Of a stretch of 64,000 bases of DNA, positions 1 to 20,655 are shown one piece after another. The position numbers and the translations under genes are program-made. This stretch comes from the human T2T-CHM13v2.0 reference genome, Homo sapiens: NCBI RefSeq assembly GCF_009914755.1, contig NC_060927.1. One strand, given 5' to 3'. How positions within the stretch are numbered: the first letter of the stretch is position 1; the number at the start of each line of letters is the position of its first letter. The notes under the pieces were generated by a model, which did not search any database, had not been told where the DNA came from, and was given only the letters and a program-made list of their open reading frames with translations.

Positions 1-525
1 ATGTAAACAGAACTCTCCAAGCAGGCATAAAGATGTAAGAAGCCCAATAGAATTCTTGTAGGAACTGGTTGACTAATTTTGAGTCTTCTCTTTAAGTTGT
101 AGAAAGAAACTGCAGATACACTATTTTAGTACAGTTTGGCCTGTATCTGGGCACTCAATTCCTGCCATTGACAATATAGAGCTCAGTAACCAGGGGAAAG
201 AGGAGTGTTCTGACCTACAAACACACCTCTTTTCTTTTCTGAAAATCAGAAGTAGTGGGACAGGCAGGACATTTCACTTGAAGAAAGTTATATATGAATG
301 TGTTTTGGGGGTGTAGAGGTGAGGGATGGGGGAAGATAAATTAGGCTAGGTACTCTATGTTGATACTGGGATGGTGAATTCACTAAGCATCTTCAAGAAC
401 CAACTGTATAAGGAGTGTTTATTAATTAGTAATACTAGAGAATGACCAAAGATCCATGAAAACATGGATCCTTTGCTCTTGAGATTCTTACTAACTAGAG
501 GCTGGAGGTTCTGAGGAGTTCCAGA

Positions 526-527
<2 letters not shown>

Positions 528-563
<36 letters not shown>
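528..563. repeat. (CA)n microsatellite, ~18 units
   Basis: Uninterrupted AC run seen directly. Confidence 0.98.
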
Positions 564-566
<3 letters not shown>

Positions 567-767
567 AAATGACCTACCAGTGTGTGTGTCTGGTGAAGGT
601 TGCAGCACTACTCACACTCATCTGAATTTCTTCATACTCTTTGTCCCTTCCTTATTCTTTGACACCAGAGTTTTGAAGCCCTGGTGTCTTATTGGTCTAA
701 GCTGGTGCCGAAGGGAGGGAGATCCCAGATTCCAGAGGAGCTAACATTAGTACCAGATATTCTAAAA

Positions 768-1200
768 CAGTGGTTCTCAAACATTTTATTCACAAGACCC
801 ATTTACACTCTTATTGAGGACTTCAAAGAGCTTTTGTTTATGAATGTTGTCTTTACTGATATTTACCATGTTTAAAAATTAAAATATTCATTTAAGAATA
901 ATATCAGTAAACTCACTACTTATTAACACAAATAACACAGTCTTAATGAAAATATTACGTTTTTCAAAACAAAAAAATTGGAAGAGTGGCGTTGTTTTAC
1001 TTTTTTTTGCAAATCTCTTTAATGTCTGGCTTGATAAACAGCTGGATTCTCAGATTAGTTTCTGCATTCAGTTTGTTGTGATCTCAGATATCACACTGAC
1101 TCTGGAAAGCTCCACTGTATACTTGTAAAAAAAAAAGTGACTACAAAAAGCAAATCACGTCTCAGTATTAGTATGAAAATACTTGTGACCTTACAGCTTC
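768..1200 (+). mobile_element. hAT-Charlie family DNA transposon fossil
   Basis: Begins CAGTGGTTCTCAAA (Charlie/MER5-type terminal repeat), followed by Charlie-like 'gacccatttacactctt...aaagagcttttgtttatg'. Right end approximate. Confidence 0.65.
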
Positions 1201-1329
1201 CTGTGATGAAGACTTGAATCATATTACTTCACCTAATTTCTAACGAAGAAAGAAAGAGTGCTGTGATCTGATAGTTTGGGGAAACTGGCAGGCAGAGTCA
1301 CAGATTGGAAGCCATAGTCTAGAATTAGA

Positions 1330-1411
1330 GCCTTGGTTCTGCCAATTACATACTAGCTGTGTGACCTTGGCAAGTTAGTTAACCTCCTTATGCCTCAGTT
1401 TTTCCATCTTT
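1330..1411 (+). mobile_element. MIR SINE, 5' part (split by L1)
   Basis: MIR core 'ctagctgtgtgaccttggcaagttagttaacctccttatgcctcagttt'; resumes at 7876. Confidence 0.85.
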
Positions 1412-7875
<6,464 letters not shown>

Positions 7876-7990
7876 AGTTTTTCCATCTTTAAAATGGAGC
7901 TTGTGATAGTACTCATCTCTGATGGCTGTTAATGAGGCTTAGTGAGATACTGTAGGCAAAGTTTTTGTTTAGCTAATAGTAAGTGCACAA
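7876..7990 (+). mobile_element. MIR SINE, 3' part
   Basis: 'ccatctttaaaatggag...gatagtactcatctctgatggctgttaatgaggcttagtgagata' continues the MIR begun at 1330. Confidence 0.8.
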
Positions 7991-8871
7991 TAGTGGCTTT
8001 TGTTTCCTTGGTTATTATTACTGTTAAGGCACCCATCCATTATGAACCTCAGTTTCCTCATTTGGCAAATGAGGCTGGTATGAATGGTTCCAAGTTCTAA
8101 CATAATATGACTTTGCTTCAAAGCCTTCCTTTCCCATATTAGAGGTGGAGAGTATGGGAGAGGTGTATATGATTCTAATGGTGAGAAAAGCATTTATTTT
8201 TGGTTACATTTAGTAATAACTCCATTCTCCCCCTCCCCCCACTATCCCCTTATAACTCTATTTAAAACTTTCTAGGGCTTTAAGAATAAAACTTGGTTTA
8301 AAAAATTGTTGTTTCCTTGGAAAAAAAATTAAGTTTAGCCTTTTCAATTGGAACCAATATGTGTATTAGAGCAAATAAAAGTTTAAAAATTTGTTTCCAG
8401 GTCTCATAGTGGTTTCAGGTCAAAGTCATAATAGGGTTTATCTCATGTCTAAACTTAATTGAAGGGTAAATGAAACTGTGTTAAAAGATTTTGCTGACTC
8501 CTCAGTTTAAAGAACACACAGAGTAGGTAATAACCTTTTAATGGAACAGGAAAATAAGGAGCCTGGATTCATGGGACAGGGGTAGAGGAGAAAAAACAGG
8601 GGCTAAAAAGCATCTTGAAAACACAAGTGTTGGACCTGCAGTTTGATTGAAGACCCAGATCAAAATAAATCAATACAAATGCTTTGGTTTATTTTTTCCT
8701 CCATTTTCACTTAAGTACTAGCCTCTAATACAATGAAAAGCAGGCACAAAGCATATTAGAAAGGAAATAAGACAAATGGTCTCGGAAGTAATAGGAAGGA
8801 CTGCATGTGTTGCATGCCACTTATTTTAAATTTACCAGAGCCTTGCTATAGAGCCATGTGGGAAGGCATGA

Positions 8872-9288
<417 letters not shown>

Positions 9289-9428
9289 TGATAACAAGAC
9301 TTGACTTTGGTGTGAAAATGTGCTAGAATTCAAGTCACAGAGAGTTGTGTTGATAGCAAGAGATTATATACCAGTGGCAAACATAATGGAATAAAATTAA
9401 AATTTTACAGTGAGAGATAACTGTCAGA

Positions 9429-9663
9429 TTAGTAGTAATATAGCTTATAGATAGAATGGTTTACATGAAATAAAATTATATTGGTAGTTTTGATGCTACT
9501 GACACTAGTAGAGTTATGCTTAATGTTGACTTTTCCATCAAAAGCCATTAGATAAAATAATGGAAAGCATGGGGTATTGTGGGCAGAGGTGAGCTCAGAT
9601 TGAACCAGTAAACTGCTTCTGACAAAGAGGGATGTGTTTGTGCTCAAAGGAAAAGGGTAACGG
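9429..9663 (-). pseudogene. Candidate terminal exon of putative decayed gene
   Basis: Acceptor tcttattacag, then an open frame (RYPFPLSTNTSLFVRSS...) to the stop at 9429; no donor seen. Inference only. Confidence 0.25.
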
Positions 9664-10659
9664 CTGTAATAAGATATATTAAGAATTATGTTACTTGTGG
9701 TAATCACTGGAAAAATGAATAATATTTTTATCCTTTTCAAAAAATTTGTAGGTTTGAAGAAGCAGAGTCTGGTTTGTTGCCATTTGCAACCTGCAATAAT
9801 TATCTATATACCTTATGTCATATGGAACTAGAATTCATCCACTTGCAATTTGTTCAAGCATCAAAGCAGTTATCTGCCATCTATCCCAGGAAGTATAAGG
9901 CAAAGGTCCTAACATGGCAGAGGGGCACAGATACACCACATGGATCTTTCCTTTTGTGCTTGAGCAAATCTATTCCTGATTATAGGCTCAAACAGCTCTC
10001 CCAAGTTGAAGATTTGACAACTCTGATTGATGCTTACAGAGAGCTGGGAAGTGGTTCCATGGTTCCATGGTACTATGGCAGGTTTGTGCTCTGTGGCTGT
10101 GGGTGTCTGGGGTTAGGTGTCTGACCAGGGGGCCCATCAAAATGGCAAGGGAAGATGAATAGCAAGAAAAACAGGAACAACATTTCTCTTTGAAGAACTG
10201 GCTGAGCTGATCTGTGGGCCAGACAAAATTCTGTTGATGCTATTAGAGAGTGCCTAGCATCGCTCTGGGCACATAGTAGGTATTCACGTAACAGTTTGAT
10301 TGAAGTCCTTAGACAGTACAACTAGCAGGACACATCCATGTAATATGTTTATCTGATGATTAATTCAGCTGCAAACTGGTTTCTTTTATCTGTTTATATA
10401 CGAGGCAATCTGCTTCAGAAAGAAAATGACATTTAAATTCGAATACCATCTGTCCTTTGTGTTAACTGGCACTTTAGCAAAACTGAAATAGGAAAGATTT
10501 TAAGGGTGTCTACCCCCTTGACACAGGTGGAAAGAATGAAGAAAGGAGGGTTTCCAATATTGACTTCAGTATGGATTTGTGCAAAGAGCTTTACTTCTCT
10601 GTCCCTCACTATTATTCTTTGAAAAAATAGAGATGCTTCCCTGTGGTAGAAATCTCTAT

Positions 10660-11051
10660 TGCTCAGCTCACTCATATCTAGTTCTTTTCACCTTTTGGGC
10701 TTGTGGGAGGTTTGCAGTTTCCACCCAATTTTGCAATTTGGTGGGACCATGAGACCAGTATTGGCCAATGAGCCATGGGCAAAAGTAATGTGTGTCACTT
10801 TACTGCTAGTGGGAGACCTCCAGCATTCTTACACCCATGCTGCTGTAACCAGGTATGTTCCAGATGGTGCAGCCTCCATCTGCATGGATTCCAGTGAGAG
10901 GATATGGAGCAGAGCTCTCTCTTCACCTTCACCTGCACCACCACCAATGCCTGCTGGGCATATAATGTCAGCAAATAATAAAGTATTGTTTCAAGTCCCT
11001 GAAATGTGAAGGAAAGTTGTCACTATAACATAACTTTACTCTGACTGATAC
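10660..11051 (+). mobile_element. MLT1-family MaLR solo LTR
   Basis: 'ggccaatgagccatgggcaaaagtaatgtgtgtcact' and 3' end 'ttgtcactataacataac...ctgactgataca', typical of MLT1. Confidence 0.7.
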
Positions 11052-12471
11052 ATGCCTACTGCATGATTCTTCAACCAGAGCATTATTTGATTTGTTTTAA
11101 ACCCCTTTTCAACACACAAGCCTCTCAAGACTTTAGAGTACATCAGCGTCACATCCTGTTGGTTCGATTTGCAGATTTCTGGGTCTCTTTCCCTGACAGT
11201 TATACCTCAGTAAATTTGGTGTGAGTTCCACACATCTCTTTTTTTCCCTTTATTTTTCCGTAGGATTTTTATGCCATTCTGATTGAGGAGGAGTGATCTC
11301 ACTTCAAGAAATGTTGTAAATCTATATCATGCTATAAAGACTGGTTATTATTTTTCAAGTTCTGCTAGTCAGACACGTTCAGATATTAGTAAAAGGTTAC
11401 AAGCATTTAGGGAAGGTTTAAGTGTAATAAATACAAAGTTCACCAGCTCTGTTTCAAAGCTGCATGAAGCAGAGATAAAGTGAAGACACATAATAGGTGA
11501 TTAATAGATGCAACCACTTTCTAAATGAGAATTCTAAAGATTGTAAATCATTTGGAAATTGAAGTGATGGCCTGGAAAACAAGTAAAAATTAAGAAATAT
11601 CAAATAAAAATGGATTTGAAGAAATAAAAATAGAAAAGGTGAGGCAATCCCCTCATAGTTGATTTGGGAGGGAGCTGGGAGAACAGGAGCCTCAGGGACC
11701 TTGGAAGACTGGGCGGGGAGCCTGTGCTTACCTCCCTTTGTGGCTTTGGAATATCTGTCTAGAACTCTGGGACTGATTCAGCATCTTGATCTATTCCTGC
11801 CACTTGCAAAGATTATCATCGTCTATGGATTAAAAGGAGGAGGCATTCTGGCCCTCTGGAGGTGGATTCTACTGAGCTCACAGAAGAATTTGCTCCTTTA
11901 ATTTTTTTTTAGAAATATATATATTTTTAGACATATACCTTGTAAAGATAATGATTTTTATTCCTTCCATCTACCTCCAGCTGTCTATTATTTCCCACAG
12001 ACCCCCAAACCTGTGGGGTCTACTCACTTCAGAAATGTATGTCTAGAGCAGAGCTACCTGCCCATAGCAGGGCCATCCATGAAAAATAGGGACTCATACA
12101 GTTAGGATGGAGGGCAACAGTGAGTAATGCCAATCTGAGGCATTAAGTCAAGGAAACAGCCTGGCAAAGGTAGAAGTGGTTCTGCCAGCCAGTATTTGAG
12201 ATGTCCTGAAATAATGGTTTTATACACTCAGTCAGCCCATCTCCCCATCCAGGGCTATCTATCTGTCCTGAACCATTGCTGATATATTGTTCAATCTGTC
12301 TTTGAGTGATTTCTTTTCCACTACAAGGCTGCTTTTGCTGTTGCTTATAAACAATTTGATTTGTTTGAACATTCTAGGGAGAGGAGTAGAAGCTGTGAGT
12401 AGCATAATTTTCCTGGTTCCATACCGAGTGGTTGAGGGGGGGACCTCAACCCTATACTCCCTCCTCTGCCC

Positions 12472-13025
12472 TGAAGGGGTTCAGAGTATGCCATCCAAAA
12501 ATATGCCACCCTGGCACAAGGATTATTTGGAGCCGAGAGCAATTAAGGAAAAGCAAACATGGTATGCTCTCTCAGACCTCCCCCTATTCATTTAAAAATA
12601 GAATATAAATTCCCCCTGTGAAGGTGACCCCCACACTTCCCATACTAGGAAGAAGATGCAGTCTTATCACTGGAGATGAGAAGGCAGCAGGAAAGTATAT
12701 GCAAATAAACCTTAGTAACTAGCCCTTATACCATTAGTTTCCCCATGTATATTCCTTTCCACAATTTGCTGCCCCTAGAAGCTCAAAATTCTTTTCCTTT
12801 ATCTTGCTGCTTCTCTATAAAATTGTTGTTCTTTGCTAAGATGCTAGACAAGCCCAGGTTCTAACTACCCCTTTGAGTTACTCATCACTGAGTGTTCCCA
12901 TGTGTATGTATGATGCATAAATTATAAATTTATATATTTTTCTTGTTAATCTGTCTTTTGTCAATCTCATTTATGGGGCCCAGCCAATAAACCTGAGATT
13001 TGTAGAGGAATTTTGTCTCCTCTAC
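12472..13025 (+). mobile_element. MER34-family ERV1 solo LTR
   Basis: Starts TGAAGGGGTTCAGAGTATGCCATCCAAAAATATGCCAC, has AATAAA near the end, ends ...CTCCTCTACA. Confidence 0.7.
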
Positions 13026-13199
13026 AACTTCATGTCCTATTTTTCATGCCATCATTTTAATGATTTTTGACAGGTAATTTAGAAGGAAGATTTTTGTTGC
13101 AAGGGAGAGAAAGCCAAGGTGAAGTAGCTAATGTAGAAAAGAAAGTGAGCATGAGTATATTCACATGTATTCTGTGTGCATGTTGTGTGCAGGTGTCAT

Positions 13200-13695
13200 T
13201 TATCTGAAGAGTCCAGGGGTATCTGAGTTCAAGTATGGCTGGACCTAGGTACGCAAATTATGTTGCCAGGAGTCTTTCTATGCTTTCCTTAATCTTCCTT
13301 CTGTGTTGGTTTTATTTTCATGCAGATTCTCCTTAAGCCACAGCAAATGTTCTCTTGACTTGCATTCTTTCTTCTAGATTAGCAGCATTAGTGGCAGGAG
13401 TGTATCTATTTCTCTAGAGTTCCAGCAGAAGTTCTAGAGCTGATGTTCATTGACTCTGACTGGCTTGCCTTGGGATGCTATCCTTGAACCAGTTACTGAG
13501 AATGTTGAGATGGAGTATGCTAATTGGCCAGACCTTGGTCATGTACCCCCAGATATTACAGGTGGGGTAAACCATGCCTGAACCATACGAAAAGAGAAGA
13601 GGGAAGGGGGTAGTGCCCCAAAAGGAAATCAGAACATTTTTGCCAGAAAGAGAAGTAACTGCTGAAGCCAAACCCTACAGCTGTCTACTGCAGAA
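13200..13695 (-). mobile_element. Old MLT1-family MaLR LTR
   Basis: 'tcattgactctgactggct...tgaaccagttactg...ctaattggccagacc...ccccaaaaggaaatcag' resembles reverse MLT1J/K. Confidence 0.55.
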
Positions 13696-14036
13696 GGCAT
13701 ATTGTTGTGTCCTGGCTAACCCTGACATTTGAAGTTTGTAGGTTCTAATAAGCAGCTAGGCAACAGAGGATAAGAATTAGATTTACTTCTTTCTCATTCA
13801 CTCCATCAACCAATCAGTATATGAAGTGAAACATGCAGTTCTCAGGGAGTAACATCATTTATTAGACCTGTTTTAGGAACCATGAGAGAATTTGCATAAG
13901 TAGAATTAATGTTGCTTCTTATTAGTGCCACATACTCAAGCCCTTCAGGATTTCTATTATAAACTCCCATTTTACTATGATATCCAACCTTGTCATTTGT
14001 GTCAATGAGAAGTATATTGTCACATGCACAGCTCAC

Positions 14037-14156
14037 CATATATTTAATTATCTTATATTTGGCACAAGATTCTTCATTACTTTCTGTAACGAAAGTCACT
14101 AGTTGTCGTTCTTGCAGATGTGAAGCAAAGTTCACCTTGACATTGAGGAGATTTCA
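14037..14156 (-). pseudogene. Candidate exon (120 bp) of putative decayed gene
   Basis: Acceptor gtttttatttccag, donor ATG|GTGAGC; length divisible by 3; stops in all frames. Confidence 0.45.
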
Positions 14157-14239
14157 CTGGAAATAAAAACTCCCCAAGTTGTGTGGCAGAATCCTTTATA
14201 TGCTGAGTGGTATAAGTCTAATGGTTTAGAAGGTCAGCT

Positions 14240-14410
14240 GTGGTCAAAGCCCAGCACCACCACTGAATGAGCTGGGTGATCTTGGGGCCCCATCTATAAA
14301 ATGAGATAATAAGAAAATCCCTCTCATAGTGTTTTGTGAAAATTAAATAAGTGAACACATGTAAGGACCTTAGAACAGTGTCTAGCACATTGTTGGAGTT
14401 CAATAAATTT
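14240..14410 (+). mobile_element. MIR SINE
   Basis: 'catctataaaatgagataataa...tgtgaaaattaaataag...cttagaacagtgtctagcaca'. Confidence 0.8.
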
Positions 14411-15117
14411 AAATATTCATATGTATTAGATGTAGATGACCTGAATCATTAGGTCCCTTCAGGTAAGTTCTTTGACAATTTTATCTGCAGGTTGAAAGTA
14501 GGAGTTGTGGTTTGGGATTTGTAGTCTAAATATTTCTAACCTCATTCTTTATTTAAAAAAAAAAAAAGAAACAACAAAAAACTCCACACTGGGGTGAAGT
14601 TTTAAATGAAGCAAATTCTAACTTTTAAAAGGTTATAGTTAGCATAATAAAAATAAAGTAGCTATAAAAATTGTGAAAAGAATCCAAAATTATTTACCCC
14701 TCCACCAAAAAAAGAGAAAAAGCCTAGGTATTTAAGCATATAAGCAATTGGAGAAAATGATTAATAAAATTTTTAAGATACCCAACGTTCAAAAGCTCAC
14801 ACATTATAAACTTCTCATATGAGCAATTTTCCATGATCATGGGGGAGAGATGGGGAGGAGGAAAGGGAAGAGAGTGGCTGGAACATTGTGTTAGATCTAT
14901 GCTGAGGCCTGGTTAAATCTGCACTGCTGTGCTTTCTTCATTTCAGAGTCTACTCTCTAATATCTCTGATCCCAGTTTTGTGATCTGAGTTGACTTCTTA
15001 GGTTTTCCTTTTTTAGCTTAATGAATCTGATTTATTCTGACATGACACCTTGGGCCTGTCCCTCAAAGTGGGAGTTTCAACCCAGGATCCAGCCTTGTTG
15101 AAACAAGGAGTACATAC

Positions 15118-15263
15118 GGTCAATTAAGAGAGAGGAAATAATTCCTTTTTAGTTGTCTAAATTGAACTTTCAATCTACGAGAATGGTGGGCCTGGTATTT
15201 CCATCAGGACATAATCTTATGTGACCAACAGACCAGTGAAAATACTGTGCTTTAAGAATTCAT
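15118..15263 (-). pseudogene. Candidate exon (146 bp) of putative decayed gene
   Basis: Donor ACC|GTATGT; weak acceptor gatgtcag; reads ...WKYQAHHSRRLKVQFRQLKRNYFLSLN with stops. Confidence 0.3.
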
Positions 15264-16385
15264 CTGACATCAACATAGCATTACAAATAATAGGATAATC
15301 CTTCAGTTGGTTAGTTCAGTCAAAACATCAGTTGGACTGTGCGTTTAACCAAATTGGCCCATGTGATGTTTGCTCTTATCTTTTTTCCACCAGAGTTTTA
15401 TGTTTAAAATTTGTGAAATTGCTCCAGGAGGATTTGCTATCCTGGCACCAATGACCAGGTTTTTGTAAAATCTGTATAAAAGCAGAGTACAATCCCCCAA
15501 AATTTGCTAAAATGAAACAATTATCAATGAGTCTCTAATTTCTTATGTGGAAAAGTGATTTGTAATATAGACCAAAATTCTAAAAACTGCCTAATATGAC
15601 GGACTTCAATTGTTATCTATTCTTACTTGTTTTACCCAAAATTCGCTTTTTTTAAAAAAAGCTTTTAAAGGTCTTTTAAAAGTTTTTTTTTTAAATTATA
15701 AAAGTGATATATGTGTAACACTGTTAAGTTGTTAGAAGCACGGAACAAGATTTGCATGTAACATTATGGATAGATCTTAATATAGTCATGGATGAAAAAA
15801 GTAAAAGTGAGATTTAAAAAAATCATAGTACCATTTATATAATTAAAATTACATATATTAAAGCAACACATTTTACAACATGGTATCATAATTTCCTATA
15901 GGGAAAAAATGGGCATGAAAGGGAATAAAACAATCAAGCAGACAAGAGAAAGGCCTGTAAGAATAAATGATAATGTACATGTTCCTGAGGACCAATAAAA
16001 ATAAAAGAAAAATTTAAGTATAAAGGATACTTACCATAAAAAGATAAATAAAAACACTCTCGGTCCTACTGCTCTACCGAATAATCACTCTATGCATGCT
16101 TATCTACTTAATGATAGACTTTTCTTCATTTTTTAAGAGAAAAATCTTGAATGCTGCCTATATGATTTCCTGAGGGACAAAACAGTATGGACTTATTCAT
16201 AGCAACTTGAATTTGTGAGCCTGTGGAACCAACTCATGCTTTCTTATTCCATTACCTATTTTCACCTCTTCTGATTTACTGGCTTCCACTTCTGTCTGCG
16301 TGCAGAGCATCTGAGTTGAAATGTCCAGTGGATGGTTGGAACTATGGTTCAGCTATCAGGGGAGGGGCCAGTGTGATGATAATAA

Positions 16386-16748
<363 letters not shown>

Positions 16749-17162
16749 TAGTTATTAAGCACTGAATTAACTAATACAATTAATTATACAATCATTTATT
16801 GAGAGCCAACTATGTGCTAAGCACTATATTGGAACTAGAAGAAGACGAAGAATCCTACAATGGATTGATTCTTTGTATTTATTGTATGCCTGCCATGTGC
16901 ATAGCCTGCTAACTTGTAATTTTATTTTTAAAGGTAAAATGTTTGGGAGTACAGTGAATATAAAGCATATTTTCTTGCCAGAAACTTTCCAGGTAGAAGA
17001 CTTTCTTTCTGAGCTCTAAAACAGTTCAGGCTCTACAGTGGGCTATAGAATTACCTTAAGGGAGTCTATGTGGACTTTCACCTCTACTTAAACTATGAAG
17101 AAAGGATTAAGTAAAAAAAATTAACCTATACACAATACCGTGAGGGCATATTTAAAGCTACT

Positions 17163-17962
17163 AAAAGGACATTTTCCAGGTGTCTTTCAAGTACAACTTA
17201 GAAGCATGCGTTACATGGAAACATAAAATTCAAATGTGTGAATTTTATTCTCTCAAAAAACTGAATGATTAACCTCTCCATTAAATTCTGATTGAATTTC
17301 CTTCCTTAAAAAAAAACCACTACACTTCCACATTCAAAAGTCATTGTTGTGCCTCTCTGATGCTTAGATAAAATAGAAATAAAAAGGACATTTTCAAGCA
17401 TCTTTCAAGTATCTTTAATACAACTTGGAAGCATGTATTTATATGGAAATACCTGACACTCACTTAGGCAAAGAGATGGGAGAAAGGGGACTTCATTCTA
17501 CAGTTTCTCATAATTAAGCTAAGAGGAGGTAGATAAACAGATAATAAGAAAACAATGTGGTAAGGAACATCAAAAGTCTGAGAATGCAGAGAGAAAAAAA
17601 CTTTATTAAACGTAAACTATTCATATCTGTTCATTAAAGGAGTTCTCCCCAAGACCTCCACTGGATGGATTTCTCACTTATCCAGGGTATCCACAAATAC
17701 TCATATGCTGATGACTCAGATCCCTATTCTGAGGGTGAGAACCTGATTTCCACTTCTAGATTGAGCATCTCTTCCTGAATGTCTTGCAGGTGTGTCATGA
17801 CACATAATTAAAATTAAATGTATGAATCTTATTCTCTCAAAAAGTTGAATGATTCACCTCTCCATCAAATTCTGATTGAATTTCCTTTCTTGAAAAAAAT
17901 CACTGCTCTTCTACATTTAAAAGTCATTTTTGAGTTTATATGATGCTTAGGTAATATAGAAT
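17163..17962 (+). repeat. Old tandem duplication of ~220-bp unit; second copy has ~355 extra bp
   Basis: Copy A 17163-17381 matches 17382-17450 plus 17807-17962 (e.g. 'ttattctctcaaaaa..tgaatgatt.acctctccat.aaattctgattgaatttcctt'). Confidence 0.85.
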
Positions 17963-18419
17963 AAACTAAAACAAAGTAATTTTGAGCTTACTTTGTCATT
18001 GCCACATTTTTAAAGTTTGATCAAATGTGAAACATTCATACATGATATTTAGAATGTCAGCAAGAAGGTTAGTATAAATTTCCTGTGACTCTGGGTTTTC
18101 GTTTTTAATATTCTAGATTTTTGATAAAGTAAATATTTCACTATTTTAAAAGCTGATAAGATCTGTTGGTCATAAAAAACTCCATGATTCCGAACTTGGA
18201 CTTAAATTTTAATCTTATTCTTAATTTATTTTAGTCATTGGACATTCCTTTTGCACATCCATTTAATAATTGATTTTGGTTAGCACTATTTTTCAAAGAG
18301 ACCAAAACAGGGGAGAAAAGTCAGATTCTTCCAGTGCGTAAGCACTTCCTTATGAATATATTAGATGTTCAGAATCTATACAAATGCTTTCTATAAAGCT
18401 GCTTATTATTCATAGATGA

Positions 18420-18640
18420 TGATAAAAATGATTAACAGTTATGTATTTTTTATAGTTTACAAAGCACTTCTGCATACATTATCTCATTTTTTTCTCATAG
18501 AAGCCCTGTGAAACAGGCATTATTATCATCATCATTTCCACTTTGTAAATGAAGACATAGAGGCAGGGAAAATTTGAGTGACTTGCCCAAGGTCATTGGG
18601 CAAGCACTGGCTTCCAACCCAAGCCTGCTAACTGCAAATT
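18420..18640 (-). mobile_element. MIR SINE
   Basis: 'tttacaaagcacttc...attatctcatt...agccctgtga...gtgacttgcccaaggtca'. Confidence 0.8.
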
Positions 18641-20248
18641 TGTATCCTTTGCATCAATTGCACATCTTCTCTCATTTCTCTCAGTACATGAGTTTCTTTT
18701 TCTTTAAAGTTTACAGCAGCCACTATTAATCTGAAAAAAAAATCACTTGTGATAGCCTCCAAAGGCATCTCACATGAAGAAGCTGACCCATGTCATTTAT
18801 GGGGGAATTTTGGCTATTATTATAGAAGGAATGAATTCCCAATACATCAATTGGATGACTTAATTTCTAGTTCATGGTTCCATGTTGCCTGATGGGAAAA
18901 GCTCACGTCAACCTGGAATACACTTATTCTTTATTTTCTCAGTCAATTCAGCATTTTCTTCCACTACCATCCTTCTCATGAAAGCTGCTTTGGAATTCCC
19001 AGAGGCCTTACAGAGTCAGGCACCTAGGGTTGTTGGGGTGGGCTAAAGAGAAGCACCAGGTCTATGGGGTTCATTTGTCCAGGCTGACATCTGCTGAGCA
19101 GAACATCCTCCCATCTGGTCCTCAAGCATCATCACCTCTCTGTGCCAGCATCTGCTGAGATATCTGAGCTCTCAGCTAGCCTCTGGTAGTCAGTCTTCTC
19201 TGGCATTTTCTGTAGGATCTTTTTTGTTCTTACCATAGGCCACTGGGTCTGCTGTCCTTTGTGGCATGTCTTTGTGGCTCTTGGTCACAGAGGGGAAAAT
19301 GTTTCTTGGTTCTTAGGTCTTGCTCAGAGGCTATGAACTTGTGGCAGGCTTTCTGTAGACATTGCTATGAAACTGCTCACTAGCCCTGCAAGGCAGGAGA
19401 GTGTCTCTACAAGGCTTGCTTCCTTCCTGTGCTTGGGAAGAGTGCTGTTTTACCTATTATTTCCTCCCTTGTCCACATGTGGGCTCTGCCTGGGGGTGGG
19501 TAATGTCCAGGGTTCCTTTCTGTAACACTCATCATTGAGCATGTATCTTGGTTTCCCCAAGAATCTGTTCCATTCTCCAGACCAAGGACTTTTTCACTCC
19601 AAATTCCCTTGACTGCTGAATTTAATTGCTACTTAGGTATTAATTTATATACTGATTGCTTAATTGATAATTTCCTTTTATCCCTATGTTCTACTCCCTT
19701 CTCCTTACCTATAGACAATGATTTCAACATGTTTAATATGTATATTTTAGTTAGTTTTTAAAAAGTATCCATTATTTTGTGTGCATGCATTTAAATAAAC
19801 TAATATTCATATAATAATGCATAGTAATGATAATGGTATAATTGACATTATTAAAATATCTTCTTTATCTGTTTCATCCTCATAGTGAGTAGGTGCTGAT
19901 GGGGGATTGGGATGAGAAAGAGATTATTTCAACACACATGGGAACATCTGAAATGTTCTTCTGTTTTTGCTTATTTGGATAATTTATTCATTTTAAACAG
20001 ATATTGAGGGCTTTGTTAGCTGGAGGATGGTGGAAAAACAAATGCCATCTCAGCTTTCAAGGAGTTTCTAATCTTGAGGATTTCAGTGTAGTTGGGTGTC
20101 ATGTTGACTATCTGTGAGAAAAGCTGCATGGCTTATCTCAAATCCCATTTCAGGAGGCAACAGAGGCACCAGGACAGAGTTACCTAGTTTAGGTTGAGAT
20201 GGGATGCCATCAATGCAGATCTGCAAACTCCCTCTCTGCAGAGCTCAC

Positions 20249-20351
20249 GTAAGTCAGTTCTTGTCAGAACCGCTGCTACCGCCATGTAAGAAAGCCAGGA
20301 CTCAGTCCTGGCTTAAGTGGCAGTAAAATATTCCAAGAATCAGCAAGAAAT
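20249..20351 (-). pseudogene. Candidate exon (103 bp) of putative decayed gene
   Basis: Acceptor tgcctttttag, donor TAC|GTGAGC; reads FLADSWNILLPLKPGLSPGFLTWR*QRF*QELTY. Confidence 0.45.
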
Positions 20352-20415
20352 CTAAAAAGGCATAGTGTACATAAAAATTCTTTACTATCCTCAAATTGTA
20401 TACTAAGCCCCACAC

Positions 20416-20655
20416 TTGAAATCTGTTGTGCTTTATAAATCTGTTGTACTTTGTGGGTTGAACATATTCTCATTCTGCTGCTGTGAATGACATTCCAAGG
20501 CTACGTGTGAGTGTGGGGTTGAGTGCTGGGATGGTTGGTCATTCTGGCTTTAGTTTCTAGCTGCCAATACCATGCCGGTCAACATATGGCTTTCTATCTT
20601 CTTTAAGGTTAATCGTCAGCACAGGGATGGCCAGAAAGCTAGAGAGGGCAAATTC
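20416..20655 (-). pseudogene. Candidate exon (~240 bp) of putative decayed gene
   Basis: Strong acceptor tgtgtttttacag. Donor is weak (CAA|GTGTGG) and would give only a 64-nt intron. Reads NLPSLAFWPSLC*RLTLKKIESHMLTGMVLAARN... Confidence 0.3.

Noticed and set aside
10038-10120. Minus-strand 83-bp exon (ggtcag...TCT|GTAAGC)
   Set aside because: Good donor but a weak acceptor, and it breaks the phase chain into 9663.
20241-20255. Plus-strand consensus donor CAC|GTAAGT overlapping the minus-strand donor
   Set aside because: No suitable plus-strand exon upstream; shows that chance splice motifs occur here.
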